Positions 49,797 to 59,320 of a stretch of DNA of 64,000 nucleotides are shown here, piece after piece (positions within the stretch are counted from its first letter, which is position 1; every line of letters starts with the position of its first letter). A program made the position numbers and the translations under genes. Under the pieces are notes generated by a model that saw nothing but the letters and a program-made list of their open reading frames with translations, made no database searches and was not told where the DNA came from. This stretch comes from Myxococcota bacterium (GTDB lineage: Bacteria > Myxococcota_A > UBA9160 > UBA4427). The stretch covers positions 1,504,001-1,568,000 of the forward strand of contig OZ252299.1 in assembly GCA_965250285.1 (NCBI GenBank), in the 5' to 3' direction.

Positions 49797-49910
49797 GGCG
49801 CCCGCAGGCTAGCTCGAATGCCCGATCGACGACGCACCTGCGCTTCTCGGCCGCGAGAGGGTGGCGGGTCGCGGTGCGTGCGCCATATTCCCGGCGCCCG
49901 ACGGGCACAT

Positions 49911-49985
49911 GTCCCCATCGTCTATCGGTTAGGACTCCAGCCTTTCAAGCTGGCGAGGCGGGTTCGATTCCCGCTGGGGACACCA
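49911..49985 (+). tRNA. tRNA-Glu (anticodon UUC)
   Basis: Acceptor stem GTCCCCA/TGGGGAC, anticodon arm CCAGC-CTTTCAA-GCTGG, T-loop GGTTCGATTCC, encoded CCA. Confidence 0.97.
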
Positions 49986-50186
49986 CCCGCGCCGTCGATC
50001 CCGAATCACAGTCGTTTTTTCCTCAAGGTCGCCCGGCGGATCGCCGATGCGCACTCTGAGGCCCGTGTCTTCTCCTTGCATCGTGCCTCGAACCTGTCTC
50101 GACTCGTGGCCTGCCTGCCGAACAGCTGCGAGCGAGGTGCCGGTGGTCCGCATCCCGCACGGCATCTCGATCACAGACACGAAGAC

Positions 50187-50224
50187 GAGCCGGTCCGGAT
50201 CCTCCGGGCCGGCTCTTTTCGTTT
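50187..50224 (+). terminator. Intrinsic terminator
   Basis: GAGCCGGTCCGGA-TCC-TCCGGGCCGGCTC hairpin followed by TTTTCGTTT. Confidence 0.8.
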
Positions 50225-50268
50225 GGGGGCGGGCGCGTCGCTCGAGCGCGACGGAAGATCGAGACTGC

Positions 50269-51054
50269 TCAGGCCGCTGCGATGTACGGGCCGCCCGTGC
50301 GGGCCTCGAGGCGATGCAGGTACTCGACGAGGCTCGGCCGCGCTTCGAGCATCTCGCGCGATCTCGGGATCGGTCCGTGCATGATGAGCAAGAGCATGCC
50401 GAAGACCGCCAGGTCGGCCATCGAAGGCTCGTCGGCGTGGAAGAACGCCCGATCGCCGAGCAGGCCGACGAGATCGTCGAGCCGGCGCTCGAGGCCGTCG
50501 ATCACCTGCAGCTCGAGCGTCTCGTTGTGACTCGTGCGCGCGCCGAGGCCCAGGCTCCGGCCGAGGCTCGAGCGCATGCGCTCGAGGAAGCCCGAGTCGA
50601 CCGGTGGGGCCGCGTCTTCGTCGAGGGGCTCCTGGCTTGCGAGCCAGCGATTCCAGTACCAGGCGAAGCTGCTGTCGCTCCACTCGGCGAGGCTCTGCTG
50701 CGCCTCGGCGACCTTGGCGTCGGGTGAGAGCAGCGGGGGCTCGGGGTATCGCTCGTCGAGCCACGCGAGGATCGCGCCCGAATCGGGGCGGCGTTCGCCG
50801 TCGATCTCGAGCACGGGCAGCTCGCGCGTGTCGGGGCTGTAGAGCGCGATCTCGTCGGGCTCACTGACGATCACACGCTCGAAGTCGATCTTCTTGAGCG
50901 CCAGCGCCCGCGCGACCTTCTCGGAGAAAGGGTTGCGCGCCTGGGTGATCAGGCGAACGGTCGGGCCCGCATCCAGGGGGCCGTCGTCGTCGGCGCGTGC
51001 GCCCTCGACCGGGTCGTTCGGTCGTTCGTCGACCGGTTCCGTCGTCTTCGGCAT
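50269..51054 (-). CDS. Glutathione S-transferase family protein
   Basis: PFSEKVARAL, LPVL...DSGAILAWLDERYPEP, PSMADLAVFG. Confidence 0.85.
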   Translation of the reverse strand: MPKTTEPVDERPNDPVEGARADDDGPLDAGPTVRLITQARNPFSEKVARALALKKIDFERVIVSEPDEIALYSPDTRELPVLEIDGERRPDSGAILAWLDERYPEPPLLSPDAKVAEAQQSLAEWSDSSFAWYWNRWLASQEPLDEDAAPPVDSGFLERMRSSLGRSLGLGARTSHNETLELQVIDGLERRLDDLVGLLGDRAFFHADEPSMADLAVFGMLLLIMHGPIPRSREMLEARPSLVEYLHRLEARTGGPYIAAA

Positions 51055-51315
51055 GTCGATGGGTCCCTCGACTCGCTCGCCCCAGCCGGCACTCGAGCCT
51101 CCACGCGTTGGATGCCGGATGGCGCCGCTCCGGTGCGAGCCCCGTGTCGCACCGCGTGCCCCTTTGCGCGGCGCAGCCGCCGGCCGGCGCTTGCTGCACG
51201 AGTTGAGAGCGATGCCGGCCCGGACGGGTTCCATGATCGCGCCGATGACACCGCTCGCGCGGCTCCACGGCTGGACCCGGGTCGAGGTCGCGGGCTCGCC
51301 CCCTCGATCGGCGGA

Positions 51316-51399
51316 TCAGACCGTGTGCGGGTCGGGGCCAGAGAAGATGCCGTCGATTCAGACCGGGTGCGGTTCGGGGCCGGGGAAGATCTCGTCGAT
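51316..51399. repeat. 42-bp tandem duplication of the aldo/keto reductase 3' end
   Basis: 51316-51357 versus 51358-51399, 36/42 identical by manual alignment. Confidence 0.85.
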
Positions 51400-52323
51400 C
51401 GCGGCGAGGGTCTCGGGCGCGAGCGTTCGTCCCGAAGCCTTCACGTTCTCCTCGAGCTGCTGCGCGTTCGATGCACCGATGATGACGCTCGACAGACCGT
51501 CGTGTCGCAGGCACCACGCGAGGGCGAGCTGCGCGAGCGTGAGCCCCTCGGCCTCGGCGAGGGGGCGCAGGCGCTCGACGCGTCCGACGGCATCGTTCTC
51601 GAGATAGGCGTTCATCCAGAGGTTGCGCTTCGGGTCGGTCGCGCGGCTGCCCTCGGGTCGAGCGCCGTCGGCGTACTTGCCCGTGAGTGCGCCCTGGCCG
51701 AGCGGCGAGAAGACGAGCTGACCGAGCCCCTCGCGCCGACACACCGAGAGCACCTCCTGCTCGATTCCGCGCCGCATGATCGAGTAGTTCGGTTGGTTCG
51801 AGATCGGGCGATAGCCGCCGGTCGCGTCGGCGATGTGGCAGGCGCGGCTGATCTGCTCGGCGCGCCACTCGGACACGCCCCAGTACAGCACCTTGCCTTG
51901 CCGGATCAGATCCTCGTAGGCGCGGACCGTCTCTTCCATCGGCGTCTCGGGGTCGGCGCGGTGGCACTGGTGCAGGTCGACGTAGTCGGTGCCGAGGCGT
52001 CTCAGCGAGGCGTCGACGCTCTCGAAGATGTGCTTGCGCGAGAGGCCGCGATCGTTCGGCCGCTCGGAGACCGCGAAGAAGCACTTCGTGGCGACGACGA
52101 GATGCGCGCGGGGGAACGTGCGGAGCGCGCGGCCCAGCGCCTCTTCGGCCGCCCCCTGCGCGTAGACGTTCGCGGTATCGAAGAAGTCGATGCCGAGATC
52201 GAACGCGACCTCGATCAGTCGCTGGGTCTCGCCCGGATCGATCCGGCTGCCGAGGGTGAGCCATGAGCCGAGCCCGACCTCGCTCACCCGAAGCCCACTG
52301 TGGCCGACGCGTCTGGATTCCAT
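51358..52323 (-). CDS. Aldo/keto reductase (Kv-beta/Tas-like)
   Basis: GLRVSEVGLGSW, FFDTANVY, VATK, SLRRLGTDYVDL, GKVLYWGVSEW, SPLGQG. Confidence 0.95.
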   Translation of the reverse strand: MESRRVGHSGLRVSEVGLGSWLTLGSRIDPGETQRLIEVAFDLGIDFFDTANVYAQGAAEEALGRALRTFPRAHLVVATKCFFAVSERPNDRGLSRKHIFESVDASLRRLGTDYVDLHQCHRADPETPMEETVRAYEDLIRQGKVLYWGVSEWRAEQISRACHIADATGGYRPISNQPNYSIMRRGIEQEVLSVCRREGLGQLVFSPLGQGALTGKYADGARPEGSRATDPKRNLWMNAYLENDAVGRVERLRPLAEAEGLTLAQLALAWCLRHDGLSSVIIGASNAQQLEENVKASGRTLAPETLAAIDEIFPGPEPHPV

Positions 52324-52414
52324 GCGGTCAGGGTACCGCGCCGAGGGGCCGTGCGCGGCGCGGTTTCGCGCGACCGTAGCCGCGCACCGGGTGGGCCCCT
52401 AGACTCGCCGCCCC

Positions 52415-52990
52415 ATGCTGAACCTCGCATCGACCACCGACGCGCGCTGGCTCGAGCGCGTGCGCGCGCACCTCGACGACGTGTTGCTCGACCATGCGCA
52501 CTGCGAAAAGAAGGCGGCCGGCGCCGCGATCAAGCTGCTCTTCGCGTACCCCCAGCACGGGTTCATGCAGGCGCCGCTCTCGGCGCTCGCGCGTGAAGAA
52601 CTCGAGCACTTCGACGCGGTCCAGGCGCTGCTCGCGAAGCGAGGTGTGCGGTACCGCAGCCAGTCGCCGAGTGAGTATGGAGCGCGCCTGCATGCGCACG
52701 TGCGCGGCGGCGAGCCCGAGCGCGCCCTCGACGTCTTGCTGGTGGGCGCGCTGATCGAAGCGCGCAGCTGCGAGCGCTTCCAGCTGCTCGCCGAAGGGCT
52801 CGAAGAGCCCGAGCTCGCCGGGTTCTACGCGACGTTGCTCGCGTCGGAGGCGCGACATCATGGGCTCTACGTCCGGCTCGCGCGCGAGCTCGTCGGCGAC
52901 GCCGAGGCAAACGCGCGACTCGCCGAGCTCGCGAAGATCGAAGCCGAGATCCTGTCTGAGCCGGGGCGTCGGCCCCGACTGCACAGCTGA
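52415..52990 (+). CDS. miaE: tRNA-(ms2io6A37) hydroxylase
   Basis: DHAHCEKKAA, EELEHF, LIEARSCERF, SEARH di-iron ligands. Confidence 0.93.
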   Translation: MLNLASTTDARWLERVRAHLDDVLLDHAHCEKKAAGAAIKLLFAYPQHGFMQAPLSALAREELEHFDAVQALLAKRGVRYRSQSPSEYGARLHAHVRGGEPERALDVLLVGALIEARSCERFQLLAEGLEEPELAGFYATLLASEARHHGLYVRLARELVGDAEANARLAELAKIEAEILSEPGRRPRLHS

Positions 52991-53002
52991 GGGAGCGCCC
53001 GG

Positions 53003-53857
53003 ATGAGCGATGCCGCCACGACCCGTCACCTCGTGCTCGATGGCCTCGAGGTCGACGTCGACGATCTGGGGCAGCCGCAGGGGCGGCCGCTCGTCTTGCT
53101 GCACGGCTTCACGGGGCACCGCGACGACTTCGAGCTCGAGCGCGACCGGCTCGCCACCTGGACGCGCGTCGTGGTCCCCGACCTGCGCGGTCACGGGGGG
53201 GCGACGCACTTCGGCGACGCGGCGGCGTATCGGTTCGAGCGATCTGTCGAGGATCTCGTGCAGGTGCTCGATGCCCTCGACGTGCCGCGCTGTCACCTGC
53301 TCGGTCATTCGATGGGCGGCATGATCGCCCTGCGCTTCACGCTCGCACACCCCGAGCGCGTCGCATCGCTGATCCTCATGGACACGTCGCCTCACACTCC
53401 CGGCGGCATGCAGCCGGCGGCGATGCAGAAGGCGGGAGAGATCGCGGTCGCCAAGGGCATGCAGCGACTCCAGGCGCTCATCGAGCAGCGAACCCGATCG
53501 GGTGAGTCGGGCGATCCGGCCGATGGCCATCTGCAGCGCTGGGCCGATCGCTACTGGCCGCACATGAAGAAGCGCTACGCGGCGATGGATCCGCACGCGT
53601 ACCTCGGCTTCGGCCAGGCGATGGCGCGGCAGACTTCGCTCGAAGAGCGACTCGCCGAGATCACCTGTCCCGTGCAGGTGATCGTCGGGGACGACGACGC
53701 CCCCTTTCTCGCCGCCGCCGATGCGTTCACGGCCCGGTTGCCCGACGTGCGCCGATCGACGATCCCGAATGCGGGCCATCATCCCCATCAGGAGAACCCG
53801 TCCGCGTGGTGGGGTGCCATGGAAGAACACTGGGAGCGGGTCAAGGATCTCGATTGA
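53003..53857 (+). CDS. Alpha/beta hydrolase
   Basis: LLHGFTG, DLRGHG, GHSMGG nucleophile, G..D, AGHHPHQE. Confidence 0.93.
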   Translation: MSDAATTRHLVLDGLEVDVDDLGQPQGRPLVLLHGFTGHRDDFELERDRLATWTRVVVPDLRGHGGATHFGDAAAYRFERSVEDLVQVLDALDVPRCHLLGHSMGGMIALRFTLAHPERVASLILMDTSPHTPGGMQPAAMQKAGEIAVAKGMQRLQALIEQRTRSGESGDPADGHLQRWADRYWPHMKKRYAAMDPHAYLGFGQAMARQTSLEERLAEITCPVQVIVGDDDAPFLAAADAFTARLPDVRRSTIPNAGHHPHQENPSAWWGAMEEHWERVKDLD

Positions 53858-53939
53858 GCGTCGACCCCGCGCCGACATCACCTCGAATCAAGCGCCCCGG
53901 ACGTCCGACGGATCGGGGCAAAGAAAGGGAGCCAAGAAG

Positions 53940-54680
53940 ATGAGCGTCACCACCGAGAACGTCACGATCCCCGTCGGCTCCGGTCAGATGGGGGCGTATG
54001 TCGCCCGGCCCGAAGGCGACGAGACCCTGCCCGCCGTCGTGGTCTACATGGAGATCTTCGGCGTCAACGATCACATCCGGGACGTCACGCGCCGCGTGGC
54101 CGAGCTCGGCTACGTCGCCATCGCCCCCGACTACTTTCATCGCACGGGGTCCGGCATCGAGCTCGCCTACGACGATGACGGCATGGCCGAGGGCATGTCG
54201 CACCTCGGGCAGCTCGACGCCGAACAGATGAAGGCCGATGCCGAGGCGACGCTCGGCTACCTGCGCGGGCGCGACGATGTGAAGGGCGACGCGATCGGCG
54301 CGATGGGCTTCTGCATCGGCGGCCACATGACGTACCTGACGGCCGCGACGACCGACGTCAAGGCAGCCGCCTCGTTCTACGGCGGCGGCATCGCCGGACC
54401 AGCCGGGCCGGGCGGCGCGATGCCCACGGTCGACCGGACGCCCGACATCTCGGGCCGGATCGTGTGCCTGTTCGGCGGCCAGGACCAGATGATCCCGGGC
54501 GATCAGGTGGCGGCGATTCGCAGCGCGCTCGAAGGAGCAGGAACGTCGCACGAGGTCGTCGTGTACGACGCCGCCGATCACGGCTTCTTCTGCGATCAGC
54601 GCGCGACGTACAACGCCGACGCGGCCGCCGACGCCTGGACCCGCGTGCAGGGGCTCTTCGACGCTGCACTGCGGGGCTAG
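53940..54680 (+). CDS. Dienelactone hydrolase family protein
   Basis: EIFGVN, GFCIGG (Cys nucleophile), FYGGG, HGFFCDQR. Confidence 0.94.
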   Translation: MSVTTENVTIPVGSGQMGAYVARPEGDETLPAVVVYMEIFGVNDHIRDVTRRVAELGYVAIAPDYFHRTGSGIELAYDDDGMAEGMSHLGQLDAEQMKADAEATLGYLRGRDDVKGDAIGAMGFCIGGHMTYLTAATTDVKAAASFYGGGIAGPAGPGGAMPTVDRTPDISGRIVCLFGGQDQMIPGDQVAAIRSALEGAGTSHEVVVYDAADHGFFCDQRATYNADAAADAWTRVQGLFDAALRG

Positions 54681-54734
54681 CGCCGCGTCCAGACGCTCGA
54701 TGACGCCGAGCTGCGCGGCTCGCGGCGCGCCGCG

Positions 54735-55862
54735 CTAGTCGAGCACTTGCTCGAGCGCGGTCGCGAGTCGCTCGACCCGATCGACGCGCGCGTTCTCGCC
54801 CATCAGGCCGATGCGCCAGATGCGACCCGCGAGCGCGCCGAGCCCGCCGCCGACCTCGATGCCGTGGTCGAGCAGCAGCGCGCGGCGCACGTCCGCCTCG
54901 CCGCGCTCAGTGACGGCTTCGGGCAGCTGCATCGAGGTCAGCATCGGCAGCCGGTGGGGCGCGTCGACCAGCGGCTCGAAGCCGAAGGGCAAGAGCGCCC
55001 CGACGAGGGCCTTGGCCGCCTCGGTGTGCCGGGCGAAGCGCGCCTCGACCCCCTCGTCGTCGATCACGCGCAGGCCCTCGGTGAGCCCGTAGATCGACGA
55101 GATGGGTGCGGTGTGGTGATACACGCGCTCGCCGCCGAAGTAGCCGCCGAGCAGACCGACGTCGAGGTACCAGCTCTGCACGGGCGTCTTCCGGGCCCGG
55201 ACCGCCTCGAGCGCGCGCTCCGAAAAGCTGACGGGCGACAGGCTCGGCGGCACCGACAGGCACTTCTGGGTGCCGCTGTACGCCGCGTCGATGCCCCAGC
55301 GATCGAGCTCGACGGGCAGGCCAGCCAGCGACGTCACGCAGTCGAGCACCACCAGGGCGCCCGCGTCGCGCGCCGCGGCGGCGATGCGGGCGGGATCCTG
55401 CCGCACGCCCGTCGACGTCTCGGCGTGCACGAACGCGACGACCTTCGGTCGCACGCGGTCGATCGCATCGGTCATCGCCGCTTCGTCGAGCGGATGGCCC
55501 CACTCGGCGTCGATCTTCGTGACCTCGGCGCCGGCGCGGTGGGCGACGTCGGCCATGCGCCCGCCGAAGACCCCGTTCACGCCGACCAGGAAGCGGTCGC
55601 CCGGCTCGAGCAGGTTGACGAGGCACGCCTCCATGCCTGCGCTGCCCGTCGCCGAGATCGGCAGAGTGAAGGCGTTCTGCGTGCCGTAGAGCGCGCGCAG
55701 GTGCGACTGGCACTCGTCGAGCAGCGCGAGGAAGGCCGGGTCGAGGTGGCCGAGCAGCGGCCGGCTCATCGCCGAGCGCACGCGCGCGTGGACGTTCGAT
55801 GGGCCCGGGCCGAGCAGCAGGCGCTCGGGCAGGTCGAGCGAGTCGTGGAGAGCGTCGGACAT
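54735..55862 (-). CDS. Alanine-glyoxylate / serine-pyruvate aminotransferase (class V PLP)
   Basis: LLLGPGPSN, HAETSTG, DCVTS, SGTQKCLS (PLP Lys), YHHTAP, WRIGLMG. Confidence 0.95.
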   Translation of the reverse strand: MSDALHDSLDLPERLLLGPGPSNVHARVRSAMSRPLLGHLDPAFLALLDECQSHLRALYGTQNAFTLPISATGSAGMEACLVNLLEPGDRFLVGVNGVFGGRMADVAHRAGAEVTKIDAEWGHPLDEAAMTDAIDRVRPKVVAFVHAETSTGVRQDPARIAAAARDAGALVVLDCVTSLAGLPVELDRWGIDAAYSGTQKCLSVPPSLSPVSFSERALEAVRARKTPVQSWYLDVGLLGGYFGGERVYHHTAPISSIYGLTEGLRVIDDEGVEARFARHTEAAKALVGALLPFGFEPLVDAPHRLPMLTSMQLPEAVTERGEADVRRALLLDHGIEVGGGLGALAGRIWRIGLMGENARVDRVERLATALEQVLD

Positions 55863-55914
55863 GGCGAGCAGCGTAGCGCTCCGCTGGCGCACCTGGTCTG
55901 ACCGCGTCGATCGG

Positions 55915-55943
55915 TTGACAGTGACGAGGGGGGTTCGTAGCGT
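55915..55943 (+). promoter_or_regulatory. Sigma70-type promoter
   Basis: Perfect -35 TTGACA, 17-bp spacer, -10 TAGCGT; about 60 bp upstream of the ATG at 56005. Confidence 0.65.
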
Positions 55944-56004
55944 GCCCCCACCCCCTTGGCCTACGCGCGCGCCACGGCGCGCGCTCAGGGACGAAGGTCC
56001 GGCC

Positions 56005-56289
56005 ATGGCGAAGGCCTCGAAGCGCAAGGCCCCCCGAAAGAAGACCGGCGCCGCCGCGGCGAAGGCGGGGCGTGCCAAGATCGCGCTGCTGATCGTCGGC
56101 GTCGTGCTGCTCTTCGGCTTCGCCTTCTACGGGCTGCTCTCACTGGACGCCTCCGCTCCCACGCCCACGCCCACGCCCAGACCCACGCCTTCCGGTCACG
56201 CCCACGGCGACGCGGCGCCCGACGCTCACATCGACGAGTCCTCGCGCGAAGCGCTGCTCGAGATCCTCCGAGAAGAGGCCCGCGAGTGA
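56005..56289 (+). CDS. Small single-pass membrane hypothetical protein (94 aa)
   Basis: Basic N-terminus, one TM, Pro/Thr linker, helical tail; stop overlaps the dgt GTG start. Confidence 0.75.
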   Translation: MAKASKRKAPRKKTGAAAAKAGRAKIALLIVGVVLLFGFAFYGLLSLDASAPTPTPTPRPTPSGHAHGDAAPDAHIDESSREALLEILREEARE

Positions 56290-57497
56290 GCCCGGTCGCG
56301 CGGTCGATCACGCGTCCTCGCAGCGAGATCGAGGCGGACGAAGCCGAGCGTCTCTCGCCGGCCGCGCTGCGAAGTCGCGCCACACTCGGCCGCCTGTACC
56401 CCGAACGCGAGCCGGCGTATCGAACCGTCTTTCAGCGCGACCGCGATCGGATCGTGCACTCGAAGGGGTTCCGGCGGCTCGAGTACAAGACCCAGGTGTT
56501 CGTGCACCACGAGGGCGATCACTTCCGCAATCGTCTGACCCACACCCTCGAGGGCGCGCAGATCGCCCGCACGATCGCGCGTGCGCTCCGCCTGAACGAA
56601 GATCTCGCCGAAGCCGTGGCGCTCGCGCACGACCTCGGCCACACGCCCTTCGGTCACGCGGGCGAACGCGTCCTCGCCCGCGCCATGAAGGACGACGGCG
56701 GGTTCGATCACAATCGCCAGAGCCTGCGGGTCGTCGATCTGCTCGAGCGCCGCACCCCCGATCATCCGGGGCTCAACCTGACGAGCGAGACGCGCGAGGG
56801 CATTCTCAAGCACGGCTGTCACTGGGCCCACCCGGTGGCGATCCCGAAGCTCGGTCGGCAGCGGCCGCTCGAGTCGCAGGTCGCCGACGTGTCGGACGAG
56901 ATCGCCTACATGAACCACGACCTCGACGACGCGTTGCGAGGCGGGCTGCTCGACTTCGAGCAGGTCGCCGAGTGGCCGCTCATCGGCGATTCGCTGCGCG
57001 CGGTCGAGACGGCGCGGGGCGGGCGCGAGGCCACGGGTGCGCTCACCCGCGACCTGCACCAGGCGCGCGCCGTCAGTCACACGATCGATCGGCTGGTGAC
57101 CGACGTCATCCACCATGCGGCCGAGACCCTCGAGGCCGAGGCGCCAGAGGGGCCCGACGACGCCCGATCGGCAGCGCGGGCCTGGATCACGTTCTCGCCG
57201 CCCGTGTTCGAGGAGAAGCGTCGCCTTAAGCGCCTGCTCTCCGAGCACGTCTACCACCATCCGCGGGTCGCGCAGATGACCGGTCTCGCCGAGCAGGTGG
57301 TCGACGACCTGTTTGGCCTGTATCGGCGCGAGCCCGAGCGGCTCCCCGAGCACGTTCAGGCCCGCTTCGGCGCCGAGGGAATGCCCCGGGCCGTCGCCGA
57401 CCACGTGGCCGGAATGACCGACCGATTCGCGATCGAGCGGCACCGCGCGCTCTTCGGCCCCGAGGCGGTGGGACCGCTCGGCGACCTGGTGCGCTGA
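56286..57497 (+). CDS. dgt: Deoxyguanosinetriphosphate triphosphohydrolase (HD family)
   Basis: FQRDRDRIVHS..FRRLEYKTQVF, RNRLTH, HDLGHTPFGHAGE, DEIAY..HDLDD, AGMTD. Confidence 0.96.
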   Translation: MSPVARSITRPRSEIEADEAERLSPAALRSRATLGRLYPEREPAYRTVFQRDRDRIVHSKGFRRLEYKTQVFVHHEGDHFRNRLTHTLEGAQIARTIARALRLNEDLAEAVALAHDLGHTPFGHAGERVLARAMKDDGGFDHNRQSLRVVDLLERRTPDHPGLNLTSETREGILKHGCHWAHPVAIPKLGRQRPLESQVADVSDEIAYMNHDLDDALRGGLLDFEQVAEWPLIGDSLRAVETARGGREATGALTRDLHQARAVSHTIDRLVTDVIHHAAETLEAEAPEGPDDARSAARAWITFSPPVFEEKRRLKRLLSEHVYHHPRVAQMTGLAEQVVDDLFGLYRREPERLPEHVQARFGAEGMPRAVADHVAGMTDRFAIERHRALFGPEAVGPLGDLVR

Positions 57498-57866
57498 GAC
57501 CGGCCTGGGTGCGGCCCGATCGATCACGACCCTCGGGACGAGGCGCGGCGTGTCCCCTATGCTTCCGGTCTTCGCCGGGAGGGCGATTGTCGAGTCGCAA
57601 CGGTGGCTTCGGGCGTCCAAGGCTCAGAGACCAACCACCGGGGCAGCGCGTCGGCGATCGACGGGGTGATCGCGGCCCGATCCGAGACGGGCGGCCCACG
57701 GCAGCGGGGCATCGGCGCGCGTCGCCGGGCTCCGCATGCCGCGTCGGGTGAAGACTGGGGGGAGGTGTCCGGCCGCACGGGCACCCTCGACAGACCGGGC
57801 GATCCGCCCATCAGTCGACCGAGTCGGGGCGCTTGCGCTCCGGCTGACCATGGAGTGTGTCGAATC

Positions 57867-59030
57867 ATGAGTCTCGCAGAGCGTCTCGAGGAGGCAGCCA
57901 CCGCGCTGCCCGACGAGGCGGATGCCATCCGGCCGGCGAACGGCGACCCGATGGCGCTGCTGCAAACGCTGGCGCCCGAGTCGGCCCCGCGCGTGCTGCG
58001 CTGGCTGCTCGAGCACGGTCCGGCCGAAGCCGAAGAGCTGCTCGACGACTGGCTCCACGAACCCGCCGGGCTCGCGGCCATCGAGGCGCTCGACGTCGCG
58101 GGTCTCGCCAAGCCTGGGCGCAAGGTGCTGCGCCGAACGCTGCACCGCGCCAAGTCGAGCGGTCTCGACGTCACCGATCCGGTCGCGAAGGGCGCCGAGC
58201 CGAAGGTCGGTCGTCTGCCCGATGTCGACGAACGGATCGACGAGGCCTACGTCGCGCGCTTCGACCCGCGCGGTGCGCGACTCGTGTATCTCGTCGAGTC
58301 GACCCCGAGCGGCGGCGCACGTGTGTTCGAAGCGCTGATCGATCTCGGTCGCGGGCTCGTCGACTTCCAGGTGTACAAGGCGGGCCGCAGCGCGGTGCGC
58401 TCGTTCGTGCGCGACGTGACCGGTCGCGCTCGCTATGGCGCGCGCGCCGCTGAGCCGGAGCAAGTGCGTGCCCTGATCGCGCGGCACGTTGCGGTGCATC
58501 CCGCCGATCGGCCGTTTCCGCGCAACTTCGACGACTGGCGCGGCAAGCTGCTCGCCGATGCCGAGAACCAGCCGACCCCGGGTGAGGCCGCGCGCAAGAC
58601 GCTGGCTTCGGCCTCCGAGGCCGCGGCCGACGTCGATGCGCTGCTCGCCGAAGTCGACGCGGGCGACCTGGGCCCCTGGCCGACGACCGACCGGGCGCTG
58701 CTCGAATCGACCGCCGCCGAGGTCCGCGCGGCCGTCGACGGTGTCGAGGACGACGCGTTGGCGGCGAAGCTCGACGAGGCCGTGACGGCTGCCGTCGCGG
58801 GCCTCTTCGATGAAGACGAAGTCGAACGCTGTGCCGAACGCCTCGACGAGATGGCCCATGTGTACACGCAGGAAGAGACGCCGGCCCTCGCCGCCGCCGC
58901 GATTCGCGTCGCGGACGAGCTGCGGGCGGCACCGAGTGAGCCGCACGCGTTCACCGAGCGGTCGACGCGTCGCTTGCTCGCCCCGCTGATCGAAGAGCTG
59001 CGTCGTGGGGGAGACACCGAAACGAGTTGA
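57867..59030 (+). CDS. Hypothetical protein (387 aa)
   Basis: Genome-typical codon usage, GGAG upstream; helical N-terminus with RKVLRRTLHRAKS, then a beta-rich segment (AYVARFDPRGARLVYL). Confidence 0.8.
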   Translation: MSLAERLEEAATALPDEADAIRPANGDPMALLQTLAPESAPRVLRWLLEHGPAEAEELLDDWLHEPAGLAAIEALDVAGLAKPGRKVLRRTLHRAKSSGLDVTDPVAKGAEPKVGRLPDVDERIDEAYVARFDPRGARLVYLVESTPSGGARVFEALIDLGRGLVDFQVYKAGRSAVRSFVRDVTGRARYGARAAEPEQVRALIARHVAVHPADRPFPRNFDDWRGKLLADAENQPTPGEAARKTLASASEAAADVDALLAEVDAGDLGPWPTTDRALLESTAAEVRAAVDGVEDDALAAKLDEAVTAAVAGLFDEDEVERCAERLDEMAHVYTQEETPALAAAAIRVADELRAAPSEPHAFTERSTRRLLAPLIEELRRGGDTETS

Positions 59031-59041
59031 ACGCGTACCGT

Positions 59042-59320
59042 GCCTGCGGCGGGGGTCGCGGGCTCGACGCGAGCAGAGAGCAACGAACCGAGAGGGCGGC
59101 CGCGCTGAGGGACGGCGCCGGCCGCCAGGAGACGACGACCAACCCACCCCCAGGTGGGACGACGAACGGGAGCCGGTCACACGAAGCCGCGATGCCGCGA
59201 GGCCGTGCGACCGACCCGAGCTGCGCGCGCGCCGCGTCCGGCAACCCCGGCCCGCGGCCGACGAGCGCAGCCAACCACGTCGAGCCAGGGGGAACGCACG
59301 CGTGCCGACGGGCCGCGGGC
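59042..59320 (+). ncRNA. Candidate structured RNA / long 5' leader
   Basis: Nested long-range helices enclose four hairpins joined by A-rich, U-poor linkers; no family recognised. Confidence 0.45.

Noticed and set aside
49911..51300. Integrative element at tRNA-Glu
   Set aside because: No integrase, no duplicated tRNA 3' end seen in the window, no compositional shift
56286..57497. Anti-phage dGTPase
   Set aside because: About 400-aa housekeeping-type Dgt with native codon usage and no recognisable defence-gene neighbours
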